This document shows positions 43,023 through 53,559 of a DNA stretch of 64,000 bases, in pieces. The notes beneath the pieces are model-generated. The model was not told the DNA's origin and did no database searches. It worked only from the letters and a program-made list of their open reading frames with translations. This DNA is from Opitutales bacterium. Lineage in GTDB: Bacteria; Verrucomicrobiota; Verrucomicrobiia; Opitutales; PNEW01. The position numbers were made by a program, and so were the translations under genes. The stretch spans positions 544,001 through 608,000 of the forward strand of contig CBDANS010000006.1 in NCBI GenBank assembly GCA_965197745.1, given 5' to 3'. Position 1 is the first letter of the stretch. Every line of letters starts with the position of its first letter.

Positions 43023-43405
43023 CGATTGCCCGGTTTTCTCTTATGAATGCCAATCTTGTTGCCATCGGGATCCGAGATGACCGCAATATAACAAGACCAG
43101 CACTCAGCGGGCCCAAGTTCTATGCTGACACCGCAGTCTTTAATGTGCTGGATAGCTTCGTCAAAGTCTTCGACTTCAAGAGAGAGTCCAGAACTTGGCT
43201 GTTCAGGGGGTTTACCATCTTCCCATGCCGTGGTTATAGCGAGCGTATTGGGACCAATTTCATATTCGAAAAATCCCCTGTCTGAATTTAATTCTCCATC
43301 CATGACTTTGGGTGGCGGAAGTCGAAGGACTTCTTCATAAAATTTTCGTGCACGCTTCATACTCTCTACGGGATGACCGACAAACGCGAATTCAGTAATT
43401 TTCAT
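43019..43405 (-). CDS. VOC/glyoxalase family protein
   Basis: ARKFYEEVL...DPDGNKIGIH. Confidence 0.85.
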   Translation of the reverse strand: MKITEFAFVGHPVESMKRARKFYEEVLRLPPPKVMDGELNSDRGFFEYEIGPNTLAITTAWEDGKPPEQPSSGLSLEVEDFDEAIQHIKDCGVSIELGPAECWSCYIAVISDPDGNKIGIHKRKPGNR

Positions 43406-43439
43406 GATTTACTCCTGTTCTCATAGTATAGTTAATAAT

Positions 43440-44020
43440 ATATGAGATAGACGAGGACGAAGAATTGATGTCTATCCCTTTACAATATAGCTGTGTATTC
43501 ATCATTCCCATAAATTTAATACGGCCACGACGACGCGTGGCCCTCCAGGTAATAGGGTGATTATGGGATCATATGTGAATGTGGGGATGCGTAGATGCGT
43601 GAATGTGGGAACATGTGGATATGTGAATGAACTTTATGGAGGGACGCGCGTCGTCGCGTCCGCGTTTTATGTTAATTAGATGGAGATTAAGAAGTGTTGC
43701 ATCACATGCAATAATCTTCGTCTACGTCTGCCTCCACCTCTTCGTCTTGAATTGAAATCTCAAATATTGTAAATAATTTATGGAGATAGACGAAGAATTG
43801 ATGCATCTCTCATTACAATTTATCTGCTTATTCATCATTCCCATAAATTTAATATGGCCACGACGACGCGTGTCCCTCCAGGGAATTATGGATATGTGGG
43901 TAAGCGTATAAGAGGAAACGTGGGGTGAAATAACTGGAGGGACGCACGTCGTTGCGTCCGCGTATAATCCATTATATTCCGAACACCTGGCGGCCATGAC
44001 GGAGCATGGCCCTCCATTAA
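43440..44020. repeat. Cluster of five REP-like palindromes (tggaggg[a/c]c[g/a]cgc..gtcg[c/t]g[t/g]ccg) with duplicated spacers and 8-mer arrays
   Basis: Units near 43522, 43637, 43855, 43935 and 43990 in alternating orientation. 43440-43550 is repeated at ~43775-43885. Confidence 0.8.
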
Positions 44021-44027
44021 TTTTCAT

Positions 44028-44921
44028 TTATAATACCACTTTGGGGGTTGAATTTTCAGCTGGTTGATTATCATACCCGGGCCAATCATCGGCAATATAT
44101 TTAACAACACTGTCCTCTTCATTGGTTCCGATGATATGGCTCGCATGAGACTTTAATTCGTCAGAGCCGTTTGCCACGGCAATCGCACGATCGGATAACT
44201 TAAACATTTTAAGATCATTAGCGCTATCTCCGAAAGTAACGAGTTCCTGAATATCTTCCCTCCCGTTTCTCAAGACCTTCTGTATCCCTTTATCCTTGGA
44301 AGCCTCCCGATCCTGAAGCGTCAACCAGTACCATCCCGGGGAATACACATTTTCCAAACAATGCATCTCAACCATTTGATCGAAATCTTCTTCGATCGCG
44401 TGCGCCAATTCGAGCATCACCTCTCTTTTACCGATTGTCGTGATACAAACCACATCATCGTCAAAAGAGTCGGAAATATTTTCAATTTTTCGCAACCGTG
44501 AATCATTATGAGCGACGAGGCTTTTATAATACCAGTCCATTCCTTCATTGGCAATCTCTGTAAAATAGAGACAATCCTGCTGCCCATTATAGGTTGAAAT
44601 ATAGGGCACGCAACCACGGTCATCTATAAGTTGGTAGATAGCTTCAACCGTCTCCCGATTGATTTCATTGATAACCTCATGATGACCTGTTTTGAGATCG
44701 GAAATGAATGCTCCATTTAATTCAATGATCGGCAACTGAATTTCCAAACCTTCGAGTATCGGGCGCATTGAGACGACGCTTCGAGCGCTTGCAACCGTGA
44801 ATTGCAGCCCATCGGCAATCATTCCGTTAAGACAATGCTTGCTATACGAAGAAAGACTGGCGTCATCTCTAAGCAGAGTGCCGTCCAGATCGGAAATATA
44901 AATTACTTTATCGCTCATCAA
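44028..44921 (-). CDS. Cof-type HAD-IIB hydrolase
   Basis: SDLDGTLL, ASAR, NGA and FGDSANDLKM. Confidence 0.9.
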   Translation of the reverse strand: MMSDKVIYISDLDGTLLRDDASLSSYSKHCLNGMIADGLQFTVASARSVVSMRPILEGLEIQLPIIELNGAFISDLKTGHHEVINEINRETVEAIYQLIDDRGCVPYISTYNGQQDCLYFTEIANEGMDWYYKSLVAHNDSRLRKIENISDSFDDDVVCITTIGKREVMLELAHAIEEDFDQMVEMHCLENVYSPGWYWLTLQDREASKDKGIQKVLRNGREDIQELVTFGDSANDLKMFKLSDRAIAVANGSDELKSHASHIIGTNEEDSVVKYIADDWPGYDNQPAENSTPKVVL

Positions 44922-44956
44922 TAGGTTGGAATGGAGCTCTCCCCCTTAAATCCCCT

Positions 44957-45862
44957 CTACTTTTTTATCTCTAATAAATCATGATCACGCATCCAGTCGG
45001 CCCATCGGTGGTGCCAGGTTGAGACCGGAAGATCCCAGGTTTCCCCGTGATGTATGACATTGGGACGCAGACCGAAACCGTGTTCACCTTTTTCGTAGAT
45101 GTGCATCTCTGCCGGCACCTTTGCTTTTTTAAGAGCCAGGTAGAAATTTATACTAGTTTCTGCCCAATCAATTGATTCTTCGTCGGTCAGGATAATAAAA
45201 GTGGGCGGGGTGTTAGAAGAAACTTTATCCACATTATTGGCTCCGTATTGAAGAACCAAATAGTCTGGCCTGGAACTGACTCTATCAATGGGATCCTCGG
45301 CGTCACTTATTCCATTATCAAATTCTGTTGCTGCATCCGCAGCTATCATCGCACCCGCTGAACCACCCATAATTATTATCTTATGAGAATCTATATTCCA
45401 TTCTTCAGCTCGACTACGCACCAACCTAATGGCGCGTTGCGCATCGTGAAGCGGGATGGGATGATCGAAAGGGGGAACAGTACGGTACTTAAGAACAAAT
45501 CCAGCAACGCCGAGAGTATTCAACCATTCAGCAATTTCATATCCTCCCTTATCGATGGCGAGATACCTGAACCCTCCACCGGGACAAATTATTACTGAAG
45601 TCCCAGTCGCTTTGTTTTTTGAGGGCAGGTAAATCCTCAAGGTAGGTTCAGTAACATTATAGATGGCGCGATCAACGATACCGGTGGTACGATAGACAAC
45701 TTCCTCATTGACTGTAAATTCCTCAGATCCCGGAGCCCCGTCTGGCCAAAGAGGAATTTCCGTGAATTGAGCACCAAAGGCCCGACAGGATAATAACAAT
45801 AACGCTGTTAGTATTGCGATTTTGAACAACCTGAACGTGTTATTAAATTTTATCATGATCAA
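44957..45862 (-). CDS. Secreted alpha/beta hydrolase (acetyl esterase-like)
   Basis: ICPGGG, GGSAGA and HGFG. Confidence 0.88.
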   Translation of the reverse strand: MIMIKFNNTFRLFKIAILTALLLLSCRAFGAQFTEIPLWPDGAPGSEEFTVNEEVVYRTTGIVDRAIYNVTEPTLRIYLPSKNKATGTSVIICPGGGFRYLAIDKGGYEIAEWLNTLGVAGFVLKYRTVPPFDHPIPLHDAQRAIRLVRSRAEEWNIDSHKIIIMGGSAGAMIAADAATEFDNGISDAEDPIDRVSSRPDYLVLQYGANNVDKVSSNTPPTFIILTDEESIDWAETSINFYLALKKAKVPAEMHIYEKGEHGFGLRPNVIHHGETWDLPVSTWHHRWADWMRDHDLLEIKK

Positions 45863-45927
45863 TTATAATTACTGGTAAATATTGGATGCTTTATCTCTAT
45901 CATCGTAGTCTGAAACCACATTACGAG

Positions 45928-46395
45928 TCAAATGGGGTCGGACTGACTGATAGCAAACCAATATATCCAAAGAAGGATAACGACCTGCAGCGGGGCGCGT
46001 ATCAGGAGATAAACGGGCCCCCAGGCATGACCTCCCATCGGGATATGATTTATCGCGGCGTAGACATTCGCGGGAAAGAATAAAATAAGCATGACTGCAG
46101 CAAACCATCCGGTGAATCGCCTCGTTTTTTTCGCAAGGAAACCCGCGGCAATTGCGAACTCCATGAATCCCGTTAGGTAAACTAGAAGCTCCCGCTCCGG
46201 GACCCACGGTGGTAACATGGCAGCCATCGGCTCGGTCATAATAAAGTGTCCCATACCCGTGAAAACGAACAAAATGGTCAGGCCGAGAGCGGCGGCGCGT
46301 TGAAGGTCAAATTCATGATGCAGCGCAGCTGACAGTAACCGTGCGACGGCATAAGGACCGATCATTAGTATCAGCATCAAAATTGGCGCTGTCAT
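45928..46395 (-). CDS. DoxX-like membrane protein
   Basis: FTGMGHF, MLPPWVP, FPANVYAA and RAPLQ. Confidence 0.75.
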   Translation of the reverse strand: MTAPILMLILMIGPYAVARLLSAALHHEFDLQRAAALGLTILFVFTGMGHFIMTEPMAAMLPPWVPERELLVYLTGFMEFAIAAGFLAKKTRRFTGWFAAVMLILFFPANVYAAINHIPMGGHAWGPVYLLIRAPLQVVILLWIYWFAISQSDPI

Positions 46396-46424
46396 TACAA
46401 TTATCGGAGTTTTTCAGTCCCCTG

Positions 46425-47273
46425 CTAAGGTTTTTCACCACGTCTTAACCTCGCCTCGATATCATCTAAGCACGGCATCAGATCAGCAATGCTGTCGACA
46501 ACATAGTGGGCCCCACGCTGGTACATGGTGGGGTAAATGCGATCCCGGTGTTTTTGTTTTACCTCGTCGGGGAAGGCGTTCCAATCTTCGAGCGGGACAC
46601 CCACCTCATTGCCGGAAACAGCCAACCCAACGGCCCAGCAACCTGCATTGAGACCTTCCTCGATTCCGGTCAAGGTATCGTCGATTTTTACTACCGATTG
46701 CACCGGCGAAACGTCGAGTTCAATGATGTTACGCAATACCATGTGCGGGTAGGGACGTCCACGCTTCACATCGCCGGCTCCGTAGGTGGCGTCGGGGGCA
46801 TAACCCTGTTTTTCCGCATCCGCCTGGTTGATGGCGAGCATGCCGGGTAGATATCCGGAAGTAGAACCAATCTTATAGCCACGCTTACGGCATTCTGCGA
46901 CGACCTCGAGTGTGCCTGGTATGAGTTTTGAGTATTGCGACAGGCAAGCTTCCTGCATGGGCACGAAATCTTTAAACATACGGTTCACGTCATCCGCAGT
47001 CGGTTCGGCGCCGTGGGTTTCAACCCAATGCCGGCTAACACTGGGAATTTCGCAGATCAATCCGATATGAACTTTCTTGTGCGCCCCCATGGGAATGCGT
47101 GCTTCCTCAAGGGTGATGGGGACGCCGGCTTTCTCAAACACCTGGCGGAAAACTACAGCCGGCGCCATGCAACCGAAGTCCAGGGTTGTGCCAGCCCAAT
47201 CGAGGATGATGCCGCGGATCGGGCCACGGTATGCACGGTCGTATGTAAATTCACGTTCGTTTGTAAATTGCAT
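46425..47273 (-). CDS. phnX: Phosphonoacetaldehyde hydrolase (phosphonatase)
   Basis: LDWAGTTLDFG, PMGAHKKVHI (Schiff-base Lys), GRPYP and VKIDDT..GIEEGLNAG. Confidence 0.93.
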   Translation of the reverse strand: MQFTNEREFTYDRAYRGPIRGIILDWAGTTLDFGCMAPAVVFRQVFEKAGVPITLEEARIPMGAHKKVHIGLICEIPSVSRHWVETHGAEPTADDVNRMFKDFVPMQEACLSQYSKLIPGTLEVVAECRKRGYKIGSTSGYLPGMLAINQADAEKQGYAPDATYGAGDVKRGRPYPHMVLRNIIELDVSPVQSVVKIDDTLTGIEEGLNAGCWAVGLAVSGNEVGVPLEDWNAFPDEVKQKHRDRIYPTMYQRGAHYVVDSIADLMPCLDDIEARLRRGEKP

Positions 47274-47379
47274 AAGAAATGAACTTTATCCTGGGGGCTT
47301 TAGGGTTTCAGGTAAAGGGTATTACTATCAGTTGCTGTGGTACCGGATATTATTGCACGTGGTTCAGCGCGATGTCGGT

Positions 47380-47800
47380 TATCTCCTTATTGTCATTGCG
47401 AGGCCACTAATATTAAATTAGCGGACGTGATTAGCCTCGTCCCGTTCCCCGGACGCGACGGAGCGCGTCCCTCCATTTTCTTCACCCTTAATATAGACAT
47501 TGTATCTCAAAAAAAGATCACCCTTCTGGAGGGCCACGCGTCGTCGTGGCCGTGGCGATCTAGAGCTATGTCGGCTTCTCCTCGGTACGATTGCTGATTG
47601 AATAAGAGAATGGCGGATGTCGGTTATCTCCATATTGTCATTGCGAGTCCTGCAACCGCAGAACGAAGCAATCCAGGGGATCGCCGGTTACGTGTTGATA
47701 TTCGCCTGGATTGCTTCGTCGCAACGCTCCTCGCAATGACATGTGAGAAAGCAGACTTTACCGCATACGCGCATTTCCGTGTATTCGCTTATCCCCTTTT
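47380..47800. repeat. REP-like cluster including an intact GTCATTGCGAG...CTCGCAATGAC element (47637-47740)
   Basis: Long inverted repeat plus ggagggac-type palindromes near 47450 and 47528. Confidence 0.82.
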
Positions 47801-47911
47801 GTCTTCTTCATATTGCAAGCTGTCTATTGTTGATTAACTCGAGTATAGAAATTGATAAGGTTACTTTCCGGTTCAATTTTGAGAACTTCCCTGTAAAATG
47901 CCCTCAAACGT

Positions 47912-48640
47912 TCAGGAAAATTGGTTCTCAATCAACGCGGGAAGATCCTTGACGCTGGGAATGACGTGTGTGTGCCAATAGCTTCCCCATGCTTCGACCG
48001 GTCGAGGACCGCTCAGGACACCGACAATTCCGCGACATCCGGCGTTGTATCCTTCCAGCATATCGGCGGGGGTATCGCCGATCTTGAGCACCTCGTGCAC
48101 GCTCTGTATGTCAAGCTGTGTCATGGCGTAGTAAATCATGAAGGGGGCAGGTCGGCCGCGGTCGCCGGGAATATGCTCAACATCGACAGAAATATCGACC
48201 AATCCGTCTCGGACCCATCCCAAACCGTCCATGATCGCTTCTGTAATATCCCGGTGAAAACCTGTGTCAGTGGCCACCTTAATGCCGTGCTCGTGACACC
48301 ACCGGAAGGTGTCTGAAGCTCCCTCGACCTCGCGGACTTCCTTGCTATAGTGATCGATCATGATCTGCGAATATCGATCGAAGATCTTCGTTGCTTCCTC
48401 TTTCGTTTCCGGATCGATGTTCTTCTCGAAATCTTCGATTGTAATGTCCTGCCCCCTCGCGCGGGCGATGAGAAACTGATAGAGATGAATCTTGTTCGTC
48501 CCCATGTGCAGAAGTATTTCGTCAGGTGTGGTTTTCAAATCGAATTCCACGGCTGCCTTGTAGAGACAGTCCCGGACCCCGGTGTCGTCGTGAACCGTTG
48601 TTCCTGAGAGATCAAACATGACCATACTTAATTTGCTCAT
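47912..48640 (-). CDS. Phosphonatase-like HAD hydrolase
   Basis: FDLSGTTVHD, GRPAPFMI and KIGDTPADMLEG. Confidence 0.85.
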   Translation of the reverse strand: MSKLSMVMFDLSGTTVHDDTGVRDCLYKAAVEFDLKTTPDEILLHMGTNKIHLYQFLIARARGQDITIEDFEKNIDPETKEEATKIFDRYSQIMIDHYSKEVREVEGASDTFRWCHEHGIKVATDTGFHRDITEAIMDGLGWVRDGLVDISVDVEHIPGDRGRPAPFMIYYAMTQLDIQSVHEVLKIGDTPADMLEGYNAGCRGIVGVLSGPRPVEAWGSYWHTHVIPSVKDLPALIENQFS

Positions 48641-48709
48641 TCCTATTGTATTCCTTTCTAATTGGTTAATGGTTCAGACTTTCGCCTTCTATTCCGTGCC
48701 ACCCGCGTT

Positions 48710-49438
48710 TCAACCCTGGCAGCTCGCGTGTAATTGAACAATTTCGGAAAGGGTAAGCATGGCGTCCGGTGAATCACCTAATTCCGCCACCACATGGTCA
48801 GCCTCTGAAAAATCTTCCTCTGCGCTATAGGCGCTGGTGGTTACGAGACAAATCATGCCGGCCGCTTTCGCAGCCAACAGGCCGTTTCGAGTATCCTCGA
48901 CAACGACACAGTCTTGCGCCGAAACACTGAGTCGCTCCCGGGCGAGATTGTAGATTTCCGGGTCAGGCTTTTTATTTTGGACGATATCGCCGGCCAAAAT
49001 TTCATCAAATTTCGCTTTTCTATGCGGGCCGAGTAACTTTTCCAAAATAAGGTTTACCGACCTCTCGTTTGAGGTGGAACAAACAGCCAGCTTAACACCG
49101 ACCTCAATGGCTTCATCGATTATTCGCTCCACCCCGGAGCGTAGCGGCAGTTCTCCTGAATCAATGATGCGCATGAATATATCGGTTTTCAGCGCATGTA
49201 ATTCCTTTATAAATTTATCGCGGTCCTCTTCCCTTACTCCGGGCGGCCACCCATCGCCATGGAAGTGATGCCGCATGCGCTCCTTGCCCCCGGATATGGC
49301 CAAAAGTCGACCATATAGTTCAACGCTCCATTGCACATTCAATTCATATTGGGAAAATGCGCGGTTGAAGGACACCCGGTGTCCGTCGCGTTCAGTGTCG
49401 ACCAACACGCCATCGCAATCAAAAATTAATGCTTTCAC
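48710..49438 (-). CDS. CbbY-like HAD-IA sugar-phosphate phosphatase
   Basis: FDCDGVLVDTERDGHRVSFN, GGKERM and KKPDPEIY. Confidence 0.85.
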   Translation of the reverse strand: MKALIFDCDGVLVDTERDGHRVSFNRAFSQYELNVQWSVELYGRLLAISGGKERMRHHFHGDGWPPGVREEDRDKFIKELHALKTDIFMRIIDSGELPLRSGVERIIDEAIEVGVKLAVCSTSNERSVNLILEKLLGPHRKAKFDEILAGDIVQNKKPDPEIYNLARERLSVSAQDCVVVEDTRNGLLAAKAAGMICLVTTSAYSAEEDFSEADHVVAELGDSPDAMLTLSEIVQLHASCQG

Positions 49439-50310
49439 TTTACTGATGCCAAATCCTGCCCTTTACCAGATCCACCAAACTGCCGGATCTTTTCTCTAAC
49501 AAGCTGCTTCATACTTGTATACTGGGCTTCCAACACCCGCAGCGGTTCGTAGTCGTCGGGATTGTCACGGTGGTAATCGGCAAACCCATCGATGAAGGCG
49601 TGCTTCAGGTTAGTCGAGATATTCACTTTAGCGCAGCCCGACTTTATGCAGCGCTGAATAATCTCGTTGGACAGTCCAGTTCCACCGTGAAGAGCCAGGG
49701 GTGTAGCCGTTCGGTGATAAATTTCATCGATTAAATCAAAAGCAACATTGGGTGTTCCCTTGTAAAACCCGTGAGCGGTGCCAATAGCCGGAGCGAAAAC
49801 ACCCAGATCGAGTTCCCGGCAAAAAATTTCCGCTTTGTCTGGATCCGCCAGATGAGCATCCCCATTCCCAACGACAATCTCTTCTTCAACCCCGACGATT
49901 TCTCCCAATTCCGCTTCAACACCAACCCCCGCCGGAGTGGCCATCTCCAGAACCTGACGGGAGACAGCAAGATTCTCATCAAAAGGCAGGTGCGAGCCAT
50001 CGATCATGACGGAAGTCCACCCCGTTTCAATGCAACGGCGGATCATATCCAATTCTTTGCCGTGATCCAGATGGAGGACGACAGGGAAAGGTGAATGCTC
50101 CGCCAGATCCCGCATCCAACCCGCTAATGTTTCATGCCCGTAATATCGCACTGTTTTGGCCGATGCCTGAACGATCACCGGGGCATTCTCTTCTTCCGCC
50201 GCGCGCACGATGGCTTTCATGGAAGCGTAATCAACCGGGTTGAATGCTCCCACGGCATAACCTGCTTTAGATGCGGCTTTCAATATCGGATTCAAACTTA
50301 CTAATGACAT
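49435..50310 (-). CDS. Class II fructose/tagatose-bisphosphate aldolase
   Basis: YAVGAFN, HLDHG, GTAHG, LHGGTG and KVNIST. Confidence 0.92.
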   Translation of the reverse strand: MSLVSLNPILKAASKAGYAVGAFNPVDYASMKAIVRAAEEENAPVIVQASAKTVRYYGHETLAGWMRDLAEHSPFPVVLHLDHGKELDMIRRCIETGWTSVMIDGSHLPFDENLAVSRQVLEMATPAGVGVEAELGEIVGVEEEIVVGNGDAHLADPDKAEIFCRELDLGVFAPAIGTAHGFYKGTPNVAFDLIDEIYHRTATPLALHGGTGLSNEIIQRCIKSGCAKVNISTNLKHAFIDGFADYHRDNPDDYEPLRVLEAQYTSMKQLVREKIRQFGGSGKGQDLASVK

Positions 50311-50351
50311 TTCATGCTCTTCTTTTGATTTTTTTAAATTCGGATTTGTAA

Positions 50352-51461
50352 CTAAGAACAAGGTTCCACGATCGGTCGGATTCCTTCCCTACTTTCCAAA
50401 GCACTCATTGCCTCGGTAACACCCTCCGCCGATAAGGGATAACGTGGTCCTGCCATTTCGAAAAAAGGATATCTCTCCTGATTGCGATGGACGAGGTTAA
50501 TAGCCATCCCGAGATGCCTCGGTTCGTAATTGTGTCGTCCCACCAGGGTCAAACATTTGGTGATGACATCGTAGGAATGGAGGGTGAAAGTATCATTCGG
50601 ATAAACCGCGCCCTGGAGAAGGTAGCGCCCGCCTGTCCGCAGCATATTTATACCTGTTTCCACAACCCTGGCAAAGCCCGTGACCTCGATTAACAGATCG
50701 GCGCCTCTCCCATCGGTCAATTCCCTAACCGCTTCTACCTGATCATCGCAATCCAGCTTTTCGGCATTCAGGGTGCGATCCACTCCAAAGCGTTTTGCCA
50801 TCTCCAGGCGTGTATCAAGAATATCAACCATGATCACCTGGCTCGCACCTGAAGCTTTGGCAAATGCCGCCGCATATAAACCAAGCATGCCGGCACCCTG
50901 AATTACCACGGTATCTCCGTGATCCACCCCAATCCTGTCCAATCCGCCGGCAACTGTAGCCGCTGCGCACATCAATGGGGAAGCAGTCTCATCCGGCATG
51001 CCTTCGGGAAGCTTGAATATCCCCGTCCCCGGTTTCAGGTAAACATACTCACCAAATGTCCCGAGGAAATAAGGAGGTACATCACTGACGGAGTGACCGT
51101 ATTTAAACAGATTCAAGCATTTTTGCGGCAGCGCATAATCCTGGCAAAAGATACAATCGCCGCACGACGCCATGATCGTCCAGGAAATCCGATCACCCAC
51201 GGATAGTTGCTCACCCGCGGCATCCCTGGCATCCCTGTCACCCATTTTCTCCACGATGCCTACACCTTCATGACCCATCACTGAAGGCACAGGAAAAGGT
51301 CGACGCCCTTTCCAACTGTGCATGTCGGAACCACACACCGTAGCGATTTTCGTTTTTACAAGGATCGCTCCTGGTTCCAAATCATCCGGCAGCGGATATT
51401 CCCGATCCTCCAGGGGCTCACCCACACCTAGAAAGAATACTGCTTTCCCCCTCTTACTCAT
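50352..51461 (-). CDS. Zn-dependent alcohol dehydrogenase (phosphonate-catabolism-associated type)
   Basis: CGSDMH, GHEG, structural Zn Cys cluster, QKCLNLFKYGH and GAGMLG. Confidence 0.88.
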   Translation of the reverse strand: MSKRGKAVFFLGVGEPLEDREYPLPDDLEPGAILVKTKIATVCGSDMHSWKGRRPFPVPSVMGHEGVGIVEKMGDRDARDAAGEQLSVGDRISWTIMASCGDCIFCQDYALPQKCLNLFKYGHSVSDVPPYFLGTFGEYVYLKPGTGIFKLPEGMPDETASPLMCAAATVAGGLDRIGVDHGDTVVIQGAGMLGLYAAAFAKASGASQVIMVDILDTRLEMAKRFGVDRTLNAEKLDCDDQVEAVRELTDGRGADLLIEVTGFARVVETGINMLRTGGRYLLQGAVYPNDTFTLHSYDVITKCLTLVGRHNYEPRHLGMAINLVHRNQERYPFFEMAGPRYPLSAEGVTEAMSALESREGIRPIVEPCS

Positions 51462-51619
51462 ATCCCATCAATACAATATATTTCTTACCAACTCACTGCA
51501 CCACTCATTATGCAAGGTAACTCCGCCGCCATATTGCCACAAGATTTATTATTATGAATTGGGTCGTAGAACTATAACGATTGAGATATCATAAGGTTGC
51601 GATTTGATACACGATGCAT

Positions 51620-52435
51620 GTTGAAGGGCCACGCTATGCCTGTCATGCCGTAGTCCCGTGGTGGCGGGACGAACGAAGGCAGATCGTGGCCGTTTGTTAT
51701 TCGGTAATTATCGGAAAATACGCGGACGCGATCAGCCGTCGCCCGGTGGACTATGGCCGACAGGCATCGCGCGTCCCTCCATATTTTACATCCCCTCGTG
51801 CACGCTTCTACGCATTCACCCATAATCGCATTCACCCTTTCAACTTTCTTTCTATTGTCATTGCGAGGATCCTGCAACTGCAGGAGACGCGGCAATCCAG
51901 GCGAATGCCGGATACGTGTTGATATTCGCCTGGAATGTAAGATGTCAGGCTACTGCCCTCGGTAGCCACGTCGCAACGCTCCTCGCAATGACAGTTGAGA
52001 AAAAAGTCTATTTCTGCTTTACCGCTTACACACATTACCGCATATCCACATTCACCCTTACTCCCTTTTACCCATATCTACATTACCTGGAGGGCCATGC
52101 TCCGTCATGGCCGTTAGGTGTTCGGTAAATAACGAAAAATACACGGACGCGATCAGCCGTCGCCTCGAAGATGCGCGAGGACTATGGCCGACAGGCACTG
52201 CGCGTCCCTCCATATTTTACATCCCCCCGTGCACGCTTCTACGCGTTCACCCATTCACGCATAATCGCATTCACCCTTTCAACTTTCTTTCTATTGTCAT
52301 TGCGAGGATCCTGCAACTGCAGGAGACGCGGCTACCGAGCGCAGCGACATCTTCCATTCCAGGCGAATGCCGGTTACGTGTTGATATTCGCCTGGATTGC
52401 TTCGTCTCCCGCAGTTGCGGGATCCTCGCAATGAC
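51620..52435. repeat. BIME-like mosaic of REP-like elements with a tandem duplication and nested micro-insertions
   Basis: GTCATTGCGAG elements at 51857-51992 and 52296-52435. ~51695-51935 repeats at ~52120-52400. Confidence 0.85.
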
Positions 52436-52564
52436 AAAGGTAATCAAAACCCAATCCGTAAAAAGGGTTACCCGACGGTTACTTATCACTATCTGGCTGT
52501 CTTGGATCGCGCATCCTAATATTATGAAGGGAGCAGACCTTTTTTTAATATTCCCCCTTTGAGC

Positions 52565-52608
52565 TTGACAGACTGCCTGATTAATATAAATTAATGAGTT
52601 TATACTCA
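52565..52608 (+). promoter_or_regulatory. Sigma70-like promoter and palindromic operator upstream of the TetR gene
   Basis: TTGACA at 52565, AT-rich -10 region, tgagt-ttat-actca palindrome at 52595-52608. Confidence 0.55.
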
Positions 52609-52627
52609 CTGAGTTATTACTTATCAA

Positions 52628-53221
52628 ATGATTGCGGTTGGAAAAAGAGTCAAACAGAAAGCAGAGACGCGAGAACGAATTCTTAAAGCTGCTTACCATG
52701 AATTTTCGAAAAAAGGAATCCAGGCGACGAAGACTGCCGAGATTGCCCGATCAGCTAAACTTTCGCATGGGGCAATCTTTGTTCATTTCGCCACTCGAGA
52801 GGACATTCTAGCCAGTGTAATTGATCAATTTGGTATCAGGTTAGGCAGCCAATTGGAGAAACGCCTGAAAAATAAAAGCAGCGTTCGCGAGATACTTAAA
52901 GCTCACCTTAATACCATTAAGGAATTCGAATCGTTTTATACGGAATTAGTCATCCTGGGACCACAATTGCCTAAATACGTACGAGGAACTTTATTTACGG
53001 TGCAGAACGGGTTGTTGCATTATTTTATGGCAGCCCTGGAAAATGAGATTCCGAGCAAACGTTATCGCCATCTATCCAAAAGTCTAATATTTAATACCTG
53101 GATGGGGTTGGTTCATTATTATGTAGCGAACAGAGATCTTTTTGCGCCAGGAAGATCGATTATCTCAAAACAGGGTAATCGGATTATAAGACATTTTCTA
53201 AACCTGATTGATGTAAAATAA
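52628..53221 (+). CDS. TetR/AcrR family regulator
   Basis: TRERILKAAYHEFSKKG..EIARSAKLSHGAIFVHF HTH. Confidence 0.92.
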   Translation: MIAVGKRVKQKAETRERILKAAYHEFSKKGIQATKTAEIARSAKLSHGAIFVHFATREDILASVIDQFGIRLGSQLEKRLKNKSSVREILKAHLNTIKEFESFYTELVILGPQLPKYVRGTLFTVQNGLLHYFMAALENEIPSKRYRHLSKSLIFNTWMGLVHYYVANRDLFAPGRSIISKQGNRIIRHFLNLIDVK

Positions 53222-53239
53222 CAATGGAAGGAGAAAACA

Positions 53240-53491
53240 ATGACGGAAAAGTGTAAAGCATGTGGTTCCTGTGGTATGCCTCTATTAAATAAAGAAGATT
53301 TTGGAGGGGCCGATATGAGTAACGATTACTGTGTACATTGCACCGATGGGGACGGTAAGTTAACGGCTACATTCGAGGGAATAGTATCTTATTATGCTGA
53401 CGAGTTTCAAAAAGAACAAGGTCTGGACAAAACTGAGGCACGAAAGATGGCCGCAGAAACCGTTTCTAAATTACCCGCCTGGAGTAATTGA
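53240..53491 (+). CDS. Putative zinc-ribbon domain protein
   Basis: CGSCGMPL...DYCVHC...LPAW. Confidence 0.8.
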   Translation: MTEKCKACGSCGMPLLNKEDFGGADMSNDYCVHCTDGDGKLTATFEGIVSYYADEFQKEQGLDKTEARKMAAETVSKLPAWSN

Positions 53492-53559
53492 TTATTTAAT
53501 GGGTAGATTTGTAGAGGTTAAACTAACAAACTGAATTTATTATTTTAATTGGAAAGGGT

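Noticed and set aside
43440..44020. Regularly spaced ~26-bp palindromes suggesting a CRISPR array
   Set aside because: Units alternate in orientation, vary in sequence and have duplicated spacers, and no cas genes are present. This fits REP-like repeats.
51572..52699. Several 70-150 aa ORFs on both strands
   Set aside because: They are translations of REP-like repeats and duplicated blocks with no protein-family signal.
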